A stretch of 64,000 bases of DNA from Mobula hypostoma (taxonomy: Eukaryota). The stretch lies in assembly GCF_963921235.1 (NCBI RefSeq), contig NC_086108.1:5084001-5148000 (forward strand), written 5' to 3'. Both the position numbers and the translations under genes were made by a program. Of the stretch, positions 37,231-47,800 are shown in pieces. The stretch's first letter is position 1. Each line of letters starts with the position of its first letter. The notes beneath the pieces are model-generated. The model saw only the letters and a program-made list of their open reading frames with translations, did not search any database and was not told the origin of the DNA.

Positions 37231-40200
37231 GTACGAGTGTCAGTGGTTACAGTGACGGGGGGGATTCCTGTACGAGTGTCAGTGGTTACAGTGAGGGGAG
37301 GAATCCCTGTACGAGTGTCAGTGGTGACAGTGAAGGAGGGGTGTCCTTGTACTATTGTCAGTGGTTACAGTGAGTGGGGCAATCGTTCTACAAGTGTCGG
37401 AGGTTACAGTGAGGGGGGGGAATCCCTGTGGAAGTGTCAATGGTTATAGTGAGGGGGGAATCCCTGTACGAGTGTCAGTGTTTACAGTGGGGCGGGGGGG
37501 AAATCCCTGTACGAGTGTCAGTGGTTACAGTGAGGGGAGGAATCGCTGTACGAGTGTCAGTGGTTACAGTGAGGGGGTTAACCCTGTACGAGTGTCAGTG
37601 GTTACAGTGAGGGGGGGAATCCCTGTACGAGTGTCAGTGGTTACAGTGAGGGGAGGAATCGCTGTACAAGTGTCAGTGGTTACAGTGAGGGGGGATCCCC
37701 GTACGAGTGTCAGTGGTTACAGTGGGGAGGAGGAATCCCTGTACGAGTGTCAGTGGTTACAGTGACGGGGGGGAATCCTTTACGAGTGTCAGTGGTTACA
37801 GTGAGGGAGGGAATCCCTGTACGAGTGTCAGTGGTTACAGTGAGGGGGAGGGGGGAATTCCCGTACGAGTGTCAGTGGTTACAGTGAGGGAGGGTATCCC
37901 TGTACGAGTGTCAGTGGTTACAGTGAGAGGGGGAATCCCTGTACGAGTGTCAGTGGTTACAGTGAGGGGTGGGGGAATATCTGTACGAATGACAGTGGTT
38001 ACAGTGAGAGGGGGGAGTCCCTGTACGAGTGTCACTGTATACAGTGAGGGGGAGGGAATCCCTGTACGAGTGTCAGAGTTTACAGTGAGGGGGGAACCCC
38101 TGTACGAATGTCAGTGGTTAGAGCGAGGGGGGAATCCCTGTACGAGTGTCAGTGGTTACAGTGAGGGGGGAAATCCCTGTACAACTCTCAGAGCTTACAG
38201 TGAGGGGCCAATCCCTGTACGAGTGTCAGTGGTTACAGTGAGATGGGGAATCCCTGTACGAGTGTCAGTGGTTACAGTGAGGCGTGGGGGAATATCTGTA
38301 CGAATGACAGTGGTTACAGTGAGAGGGGGTAGTCCCTGTACAAGTGTCAGTGGTGACAGTGAGGGGGAGGGAGGAATCCCTGTACGAGTGTCAGTGGTTA
38401 CAGTGAGGGGAGGAATCGCTGTACGAGTGTCAGTGGTTACAGTGAGGGGGGAAACCCTGTAAGAGTGTCAGTGGTTACAGTGAGGGGGGGAATCCCTGTA
38501 CGAGTGTCAGTGGTTACAGTGACGGGGTTTTTCCTTTACGAGTGTCAGTGGTTACAGTGAGGGGGGGAATCCCTGTACGAGTGTCAGTGGTTACAGTGAG
38601 GGGAGGGGGGAATTCCCGTACGAGTGTCAGTGGTTACAGTGAGAGGGGGAATCCCTGTACGAGTGTCAGTGGTTACAGTGAGGGGTGGGGGAATCTCTGT
38701 ACGAATGACAGTGGTTACAGTGAGAGGGAGGAATCCCGGTACGAGTGTCAGTGGTAACAGTGAGGGGGGAAATCCCTGTACAACTCTCAGTTGTTACAGT
38801 GAGGGGGGCAATCCCTGTACGAGTGTCAGTGGTTACAGTGACGGGGGGGAGTCACTGTACGAGTGTCAGTGGTTACAGTGAGGGGGGCGGGAATCCCTGT
38901 ACGAGTGTCAGTGGTTACAGTGAGGGGGGGAATCCCTGTACGAGTGTCAGTGGTTACAGTGGGGGGGGGTAATCCCTGTACGAGTGTCAGTGGTTACAGT
39001 GAGGGGGGGGTATCCCTGTACGAGTGTCAGTGGTTACAGTGAGGGGGGGGAAATCCCTGTACGAGTGTCAGTGGTTATTGTGAGGGGGGGAATCCCTGCA
39101 CGAGTGTCAGTGGTTACAGTGAGGGGACGAATCGCTGTACGAGTGTCAGTGGTTACAGTGAGGGGAGGAATCGCTGTACGAGTGTCAGTGGTTACAGTGA
39201 GGGGGGATCCCTGAACGAGTGTCAGTGGTTATAGTCAGTGGGGGGAATCCCTGTACGAGTGTCAGTGGTTACAGTGAGAGGGGGAATCCCTGTATGAGTG
39301 TCAGTGGTTACAGTGAGGGGGAGGGAATCCCTGTATGAGTGTCAGTGGTTACAGTGAGGGGGGAATCCCTGTACGAGTGTGAGTGGTTATAGTGAGGAGA
39401 GGAATCCCTGTAAGAGTGTGAGTGGTTATAGTGAGGAGAGGAATCCCTGTACGAGTGTCAGTGGTTACAGTGGGGGGGGGAATCCCTGTACGAGTGTCAG
39501 TGGTTACAGTGAGGGGGGTATCCCTGTACGAGTGTCAGTGGTTACAGTGAAGGAGGGGTATCCCTGTACTATTGTCAGTGGTTACAGTGAGGGGGTGAAT
39601 CCCTCTACAAGTGTCAGAGGTTACAGTGAGGGGGGGGAATCCCTGTAGAAGTGTCAGTGGTTACAGTGAGGGGAGGAATCGATGTACGAGTGTCAGTGGT
39701 TACAGTGAGGGGGGATCCCTGTACGAGTGTCAGTGGTTACAGTGATGGGGGAGAATCCCTGTAGAAGTGTCAGTGGTTACAGTGAGGGGGGGAATCCCTG
39801 TACGAGTGTCAGTGGTTACAGTGAGGGGGGGGAATATCTGTACGAATGACAGTGGTTACAGTGAGAGGGGGTAGTCCCTGTACAAGTGTCAGTGGTGACA
39901 GTGGGGAGGGGGATCGCTGTACAAGTGTCAGTGGTTACAGTGAGGGGGAGGGAATCCTTGTACGAGTGTCAGTGGTTACAGTGAGGGGGGAATCCCTGTA
40001 CGAGTGTCAGTGGTTACAGTGAGGGGGGAATCCCTGTACGAGTGTCAGTGGTTACAGTGAACGGGGAAATCCCTGTACAACTCTCAGTTGTTACAGTGAG
40101 GGGGGCAATCCCTGTACGAGTGTCAGTGGTTACAGTGAGGGGGGGAATCCCTGTACGAGTGTCAGTGGTTACAGTGAGGGGGGAATCCCTTTACGAGTGT

Positions 40201-41700
40201 CAGTGGTGACGGAGGGGGGGTGGATCGCTGTACGAGTGTCACTGCACACAGTAAGGGGGAGGGAATCCCTGTATGAGTGTCAGTGGTTACAGTGAGGGGG
40301 GAATCCCTGTATGACTATCAGTGGTTACAGTTAGGAGGGGAATCCCTGTAGGGGTGTCAGTGGTTACAGTGAGGGAGGAATCCCTGTACGAGTGTGAGTG
40401 GTTACAGTGAGGGGAGGAATACCTGTACGAGTGTCAGTGGTTCCAGTGAGGGGGGGGGAATCCCTGTACGAGTGTCTGTGATTACAGCGAGGGGAGTATC
40501 CCTGTAGGGGTGTCAGTGGTTACAGTCAGTGGGGGAATCCCTGTACGAGTGTCAGTGGTTACAGTGAGGGGGGAATCCCAGTACGAGTGTCAGTGGTTAC
40601 AGTGAGGGGGGATCCCTGTATGAGTGTCAGTGGTTACAGTGACGGGGTGGAATCCCTTACGAGTGTCAGTGGTTACAGTGAGGGAGGGAATCCCTGTACG
40701 AGTGTCAGTGGTTACAGTGAGGGGGAGGGAGGAATCCCTGTACGAGTGTCAGTGGTTACAGTGAGAGGGGGAATCCCTGTACGAGTGTCAGTGGTTACAG
40801 TGAGGGGGGTCACCCTGTACGAGTGTCAGTGGTTACAGTGAGGGGGGGAATCCCTGTACGAGTGTCAGTGGTTACAGTTAGGGGAGGAATCGCTGTACAA
40901 GTGTCAGTGGTTACAGTGAGGGGGGATCCCTGTACGAGTGTCAGTGGTTACAGTGAGGGAGGGAATCCTTGTACGAGTGTCAGTGGTTACAGTGAGGGGG
41001 AGGGAGGAATCCCTGTACGAGTGTCAGTGGTTACAGTGAGAGGGGGAATCCCTGTACGAGTGTCAGTGGTTACAGTGAGGGGGGTCACCCTGTACGAGTG
41101 TCAGTGGTTACAGTGAGGGGGGGAATCCCTGTACGAGTGTCAGTGGTTACAGTTAGGGGAGGAATCGCTGTACAAGTGTCAGTGGTGACAGTGAGGGGGA
41201 GGGAGGAATCCCTCTACGAGTGTCAGTGGTTACAGTGAGGGGAGGAATCGCTGTACGAGTGTCAGTGGTTACAGTGAGGGGGGAAACCCTGTACGAGTGT
41301 CAGTGGTTACAGTGAGGGGGGGAATCCCTGTACGAGTGTCAGTGGTTACAGTGACGGGGTTTTTCCTTCACGAGTGTCAGTGGTTACAGTGAGAGGGGGA
41401 ATCCCTGTACGAGTGTCAGTGGTTACAGTGAGGGGTGGGGGAATCTCTGTACGAATGACAGTGGTTACAGTGAGAGGGGGGAATCCCGGTACGAGTGTCA
41501 GTGGTAACAGTGAGGGGGGAAATCCCTGTACAACTCTCAGTTGTTACAGTGAGGGGGGCAATCCCTGTACGAGTGTCAGTGGTTACAGTGACGGGGGGGA
41601 ATCCCTGTACGAGTGTCAGTGGTTACAGTGAGGGGGGCGGGAATCCCTGTACGAGTGTCAGTGGTTACAGTGAGGGGGGGAATCCCTGTACGAGTGTCAG
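37230..41700 (+). repeat. Subfamily C domain, pre-gap copy
   Basis: Shares ordered variant cassettes with the post-gap sequence. For example ~38350-38980 resembles ~47430-48020, and the 89-aa pseudo-ORF at 39379 is nearly identical to the one at 48295. Confidence 0.8.
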
Positions 41701-44662
41701 TGGTTACAGTGAGGGGGGGGAATCCCTGTACGAGTGTCAGTGGTTACAGTGAGGGGGGGAATCCCTGTACGAGTGTCAGTGGTTACAGTGAGGGGGGGAA
41801 TCCCTGTACGAGTGTCAGTGGTTACAGTGAGGGGGGACACCCTGTATGAGTGTCAGTGGTTACAGTCAGTGGGGGAAATCCCTGTACGAGTGTCAGTGGT
41901 TACAGTGAGGGAGGGAATCCCTGTACGAGTGTCAGTGGTTACAGTGAGGGGGGAATCCCTGTACGAGTGTCAGTGGTTACAGTGAGGGAGGGAATCCCTG
42001 TACGAGTGTCAGTGGTTACAGTGAGGGGGGGGAATCCCTGTACGAGTGTCAGTGGTTACAGTGACGGGGGGGAATCCCTGTACGAGTGTCAGTGGTTACA
42101 GTGAGGGGGAGGGAATCCCTGTACGAGTGTCAGTGGTTACAGTGACGGGGTGGAATCCCTTACGAATGTCAGTGTTTACAGTGAGGGGGAGGGAATCCCT
42201 GTATGAGTGTCAGTGGTTACAGTGAGGGGGGGAATCCCTGTACGAGTGTCAGTGGTTACAGTGAGGGGGGAATCCCTGTACGAGTGTCAGTGGTTACAGT
42301 GAGGGGGGAATCCCTGTACGAGTGTCAGTGGTTACAGTGAGGGGGGAATCCCTGTACGAGTGTCAGTGGTTACAGTGAGGGGGGGAATCCCTGTACGAGT
42401 GTCAGTGGTTACAGTGAGGGGGGAATCCCTGTACGAGTGTCAGTGGTTACAGTGAGGGGGGGAATCCCTGTACGAGTGTCAGTGGTTACAGTGAGTGGGG
42501 GAATCCCTGTACGAGTGTCAGTGGTTACAGTGAGGGGGGAATCCCTGTACGAGTGTCAGTGGTTACAGTGGGGGGGGGATCCCTGTACGAGTGTCAGTGG
42601 TTACAGTGAGGGAGGGAATCCCTGTACGAGTGTCAGTGGTTACAGTGAGGGGGGATCCCTTACGAGTGTCAGTGGTTACACTGAGGGAGGGAATTCCTGT
42701 ACGAGTGTCAGTGGTTACAGTCAGTGGGGGAAATCCCTGTACGAGTGTCAGTGGTTACAGTGAGGGAGGGAATCCCTGTACGAGTGTCAGTGGTTACAGT
42801 GAGGGGGGGGATCCCTGTACGAGTGTCAGTGGTTACAGTGAGGGGGGAATCCCTGTACGAGTGTCAGTGGTTACAGTGAGTGGGGGAAATCCCTGTACGA
42901 GTGTCAGTGGTTACAGTGAGGGGGGGGATCCCTGTACGAGTGTCAGTGGTTACAGTGAGGGAGGGAATCCCTGTACGAGTGTCAGTGGTTACAGTGAGGG
43001 GGGGAATCCCTGTACGAGTGTCAGTGGTTACAGTGAGGGGGGGAATCCCTGTACGAGTGTCAGTGGTTACAGTGAGGGGGGACACCCTGTATGAGTGTCA
43101 GTGGTTACAGTCAGTGGGGGAAATCCCTGTACGAGTGTCAGTGGTTACAGTGGGAGGGGTGAATCCCTGTACGAGTGTCAGTGGTTACAGTGAGGGAGGG
43201 AATCCCTGTACGAGTGTCAGTGGTTACAGTGAGGGGGGGAATCCCTGTACGAGTGTCAGTGGTTACAGTGAGGGGGGGAATCCCTGTACGAGTGTCAATG
43301 GTTACAGTGAGGGGGGATCCCTGTACGAGTGTCAGTGGTTACAGTGAGGGAGGGAATCCTTGTACGAGTGTCAGTGGTTACAGTGAGGGAGGGAATCCCT
43401 GTACGAGTGTCAGTGGTTACAGTCAGTGGGGGAAATCCCTGTACGAGTGTCAGTGGTTACAGTGAGGGAGGGAATCCCTGTACGAGTGTCAGTGGTTACA
43501 GTGGGCGGGGGGGATCCCTGTACGAGTGTCAGTGGTTACAGTGAGGGAGGGAATCCCTGTACGAGTGTCAGTGGTTACAGTGAGGGGGGATCCCTGTACG
43601 AGTGTCAGTGGTTACAGTGAGGGGGGGAATCCCTGTACGAGTGTCAGTGGTTACAGTGAGGGAGGGAATCCCTGTACGAGTGTCAGTGGTTACAGTGAGT
43701 GGGGGGAATCCCTGTACGAGTGTCAGTGGTTACAGTGAGGGAGGGAATCCCTGTACGAGTGTCAGTGGTTACAGTGAGGGGGGGGATCCCTGTACGAGTG
43801 TCAGTGGTTACAGTGAGGGAGGGAATCCCTGTACGAGTGTCAGTGGTTACAGTGAGGGGGGAATCCCTGTACGAGTGTCAGTGGTTACAGTGAGGGGGAG
43901 GGAATCCCTGTACGAGTGTCAGTGGTTACAGTGACGGGGGGAATCCCTGTACGAGTGTCAGTGGTTACAGTGAGGGGGGAATCCCTGTACGAGTGTCAGT
44001 GGTTACAGTGAGGGGGGAATCCCTGTACGACTGTCAGTGGTTACAGTGAGGGGGAGAATCCCTATACGAGTGTCAGTGGTTACAGTGAGGGGGGAATCCC
44101 TCTAAGAGTGTCAGTGGTTACAGTGAGGGGGGGAATCCCTGTACGAGTGTCAGTGGTTACAGTGAGGGAGGGAATCCCTGTACGACTGTCAGTGGTTACA
44201 GTGAGGGAGGGAATCCCTCTACGGGTGTCAGTGGTTACAGTGAGGGGGGGAATATCTGTACGAGTGTCAGTGGTTACAGTGAGGGGGGGGAATCCCTGTA
44301 CGAGTGTCAGTGGTTACAGTGAGGGAGGGAATCCCTGTACGAATGTCAGTGTTTACAGTGGGGGGGGGGATCCCTGTATGAGTGTCAGTGGTTACAGTAA
44401 GGGAGGGAATCCCTCTACGAGTGTCAGTGGTTACAGTGAGGGGGGAATCCCTGTACGAGTGTCAGTGATTACAGTAAGGGGGAGGGAATCCCTGTATGAG
44501 AGTCAGTGGTTACAGTGACGGGGGGAATCCCTGTATGAGTGTCAGTGGTTACAGTGAGGGGGAGAGTCCCTGTACGAGTGTCAGTGGTTACAGTGAGGGG
44601 GGAATCCCTGTACGAGTGTCAGTGGTTACAGTGAGGGGGGAATCCCTGTACGAGTGTCAGTG
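41700..44662 (+). repeat. Third subfamily A domain, abutting the gap
   Basis: ~44015-44600 reproduces the variant order of ~835-1420 (CCTATACG, CCTCTAAGAG at 44099, CTACGGGTG, AATATCTG, TGATTACAGTAAG, GTATGAGAGTC). ~42650-42740 matches ~3500-3590. Confidence 0.8.
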
Positions 44663-44862
44663 NNNNNNNNNNNNNNNNNNNNNNNNNNNNNNNNNNNNNN
44701 NNNNNNNNNNNNNNNNNNNNNNNNNNNNNNNNNNNNNNNNNNNNNNNNNNNNNNNNNNNNNNNNNNNNNNNNNNNNNNNNNNNNNNNNNNNNNNNNNNNN
44801 NNNNNNNNNNNNNNNNNNNNNNNNNNNNNNNNNNNNNNNNNNNNNNNNNNNNNNNNNNNNNN
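44663..44862. other. Assembly/scaffold gap of exactly 200 N
   Basis: N run from 44663 to 44862. A round 200 N is typical of a fixed placeholder for a gap of unknown size. Confidence 0.99.
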
Positions 44863-47800
44863 TTACAGTGAAGGAGGGAATCCCTGTACGAATGTCAGTG
44901 GTTACAGTGAGGGGGAGGGGGGAATCCCTGTACGAGTGTCAGTGGTTACAGTGAGAGGGGGAATCCCTGTACGAGTGTCAGTGGTTACAGTGAGACGTGG
45001 GGGAATCCCTGTACGAATGACAGTGGTTACAGTGAGGGGGGAATCCCTGTACGAGTGTCAGTGGTTACAGTGAGGGGGGGAATCCCTGTACGAGTGTCAG
45101 TGGTTACAGTGAGGGGGGAATCCCTGTACGAGTGTCAGTGGTTACAGTGAGGGGGGGGAATCCCTGTACGAGTGTCAGTGGTTACAGTGAGGGGGGATCC
45201 CTGTACGAGTGTCAGTGGTTACAGTAAGGGGGGGGGTGAATCCCTGTACGAGTGTCAGTGGTTACAGTGAGGTGGGGAATCCCTGTACGAGTGTCAGTGG
45301 TGACAGTGGGGGGTGGGGATCGCTGTACGAGTGTCACTGCATACAGTGAGAGGAAGGGAATCCTTTTATGAGTGTCAGCGGTTACAGTGAGGGGGAAATC
45401 CCTGTATGAGTGTCAGAGGTTACAGTGAGGAGGGAATGCCTGTATGAGTGTCAGTGATTACAGTGAGGGGGGGAATCCTTGTAGGGGTGTCAGTGATTAC
45501 AGTGAGTGGGGGAATCCCTGTACGAGTGTCAGTGGTTACAGTGAGTAGGGGAATCCCTGTACGAGTGTCAGTGGTTACAGTCAGGGGGAGAAATCCCTGT
45601 ATGAGAGTCAGTGGTTAGAGTCGGGGGGGGGGTGTGTGGGAATCCCTGTACAAAAGTCAGTGGTTACAGTGAGGGGAGGGATCCCTGTACGAGCGTCAGT
45701 GGTTTCAGTGAGGGGTGATCCCTGTACGAGTGTCAGAGTTGACAGTGACGGGGGGGAGTCCCTTTACGAGTGTCAGTGGTTACAGTGAGGGAGGTAATCC
45801 CTGTACGAGTGTCAGTGGTTACAGTGAGGGGGGGAATCCCTGTATGAGTGTCAGTGGTTACAGTGAGGGGGGCGGGAATCCCTGTACGAGTGTCAGTGGC
45901 TACAGTGAGGGAGGTAATCCCTGTACGAGTGTCAGTGGTTACAGTGAGGGGGGTAATCCCTGTACGAGTGTCAGTGGCTACAGTAAGGGGGGCGGATCCC
46001 TGTACGAGTGTCAGTGGTTACAGTGGGGGGGTGGGAATCCCTGTACGAGTGTCAGTGGTTACAGTGAGCGGGGGGAATCCCTGTACGAGTGTCAGTGGTT
46101 ACAGTGAGGGGAGGAATCGCTGTACGAGTGTCAGTGGTTACAGTGAGGGGGTTAACCCTGTACGAGTGTCAGTGGTTACAGTGAGGGGGGGAATCCCTGT
46201 ACGAGTGTCAGTGGTTACAGTGAGGGGAGGAATCGCTGTACAAGTGTCAGTGGTTACAGTGAGGGGGGATCCCCGTACGAGTGTCAGTGGTTACAGTGAC
46301 GGGGGGTAATCCCTGTACGAGTGTCAGTGGTTACAGTGAGGGGGGAATCCCTGTACGAGTGTCAGTGGTTACAGTGAGGGGAGGGATCCCTGTACAAGCG
46401 TCAGTGGTTTCAGTGAGGGGTGATCCCTGTACGAGTGTCAGTGGTTACAGTGACGGGGGGGAATCCCTTTACGAGTGTCAGTGGTTACAGTGAGGAAGGG
46501 AATCCCTGTACGAGTGTCAGTGGTTACAGTGAAGAAGGGAATCCCTGTACGAGTGTCAGTGGTTACAGTGAGGGAGGGAATCCCTGTACGAGTGTCAGTG
46601 GTTACAGTGAGGGGGGAATCCCTGTACGAGTGTCAGTGGTTACAGTGAGGGAGGTAATCCCTGTATGAGTATCAGTGGTTACAGTGAGGAGGGGAATCCC
46701 TGTAGGGGTGTCAGTGGTTACAGTGAGGGAGGAATCCCTGTACGAGTGTGAGTGGTTACAGTGAGGGGAGGAATACCTGTACGAGTGTCAGTGGTTACAG
46801 TCAGGGGGGAATCCCAGTACGAGTGTCAATGGTTACAGTGAGGGGGGAGTATCCCTGTACGAGTGTCAGTGGTTACAGTGAGGGGGGGAATCCCTGTACG
46901 AGTGTCAGTGGTTACAGTGAGGGGGGAATCCCAGTACGAGTGTCAGTGGTTACAGTGAGGGGGGTCACCCTGTATGAGTGTCAGTGGTTACAGTCAGTGG
47001 GGGAAATCCCTGTACGAGTGTCAGTGGTTACAGTGACGGGGGGGGGGTGGAATCCCTGTACGAGTGTCAGTGGTTACAGTGGGGGGGGGGTAATCCCTGT
47101 ATGAGTGTCAGTGGTTACAGTGAGGGAGGGAATCCCTCTACGAGTGTCAGTGGTTACAGTGAGGGGGGGAATCCCTGTACGAGTGTCAGTGGTTACAGTG
47201 AGGGGGGAATCCCAGTACGAGTGTCAGTGGTTACAGTGAGGGGGGTCACCCTGTATGAGTGTCAGTGGTTACAGTCAGTGGGGGAAATCCCTGTACGAGT
47301 GTCAGTGGTTACAGTGACGGGGGGGGGAATCCCTGTACGAGTGTCAGTGGTTACAGTGAGGGGGGATCCCTGTACGAGTGTCAGTGGTTACAGTGAGGGA
47401 GGGAATCCTTGTACGAGTGTCAGTGGTTACAGTGAGGGGGAGGGAGGAATCCCTGTACGAGTGTCAGTGGTTACAGTGAGGGGAGGAATCGCTGTACGAG
47501 TGTCAGTGGTTACAGTGAGGGGGGAATCCCTGTACGAGTGTCAGTGGTTACAGTGAGGGGGGGAATCCCTGTACGAGTGTCAGTGGTTACAGTGACGGGG
47601 GGTTTTCCTTTACGAGTGTCAGTGGTTACCGTGAGGGAGGGAATCCCTGTACGAGTGTCAGTGGTTACAGTGAGGGGAGGGGGGAATTCCCGTACGAGTG
47701 TCAGTGGTTACAGTGAGAGGGGGAATCCCTGTACGAGTGTCAGTGGTTACAGTGAGGGGTGGGGGAATCTCTGTACGAATGACAGTGGTTACAGTGAGAG

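Larger units (their letters stand above)
1..44662 (+). repeat. Tandem satellite/minisatellite array, ~38-39 bp monomer (AATCCCTGTACGAGTGTCAGTGGTTACAGTGA + G-rich tract), left of the gap
   Basis: The core recurs head-to-tail with no unique sequence and no inversion seen. The array is already running at base 1. The G7 consensus monomer has 16 G, 6 C, 8 A and 9 T (56% GC, strong + strand G skew), with one RsaI site (GTAC) and one HinfI site (GAATC). Confidence 0.99.

Noticed and set aside
44496..45073. ORFs spanning the N run
   Set aside because: Artefacts of translating Ns as X across a scaffold gap.
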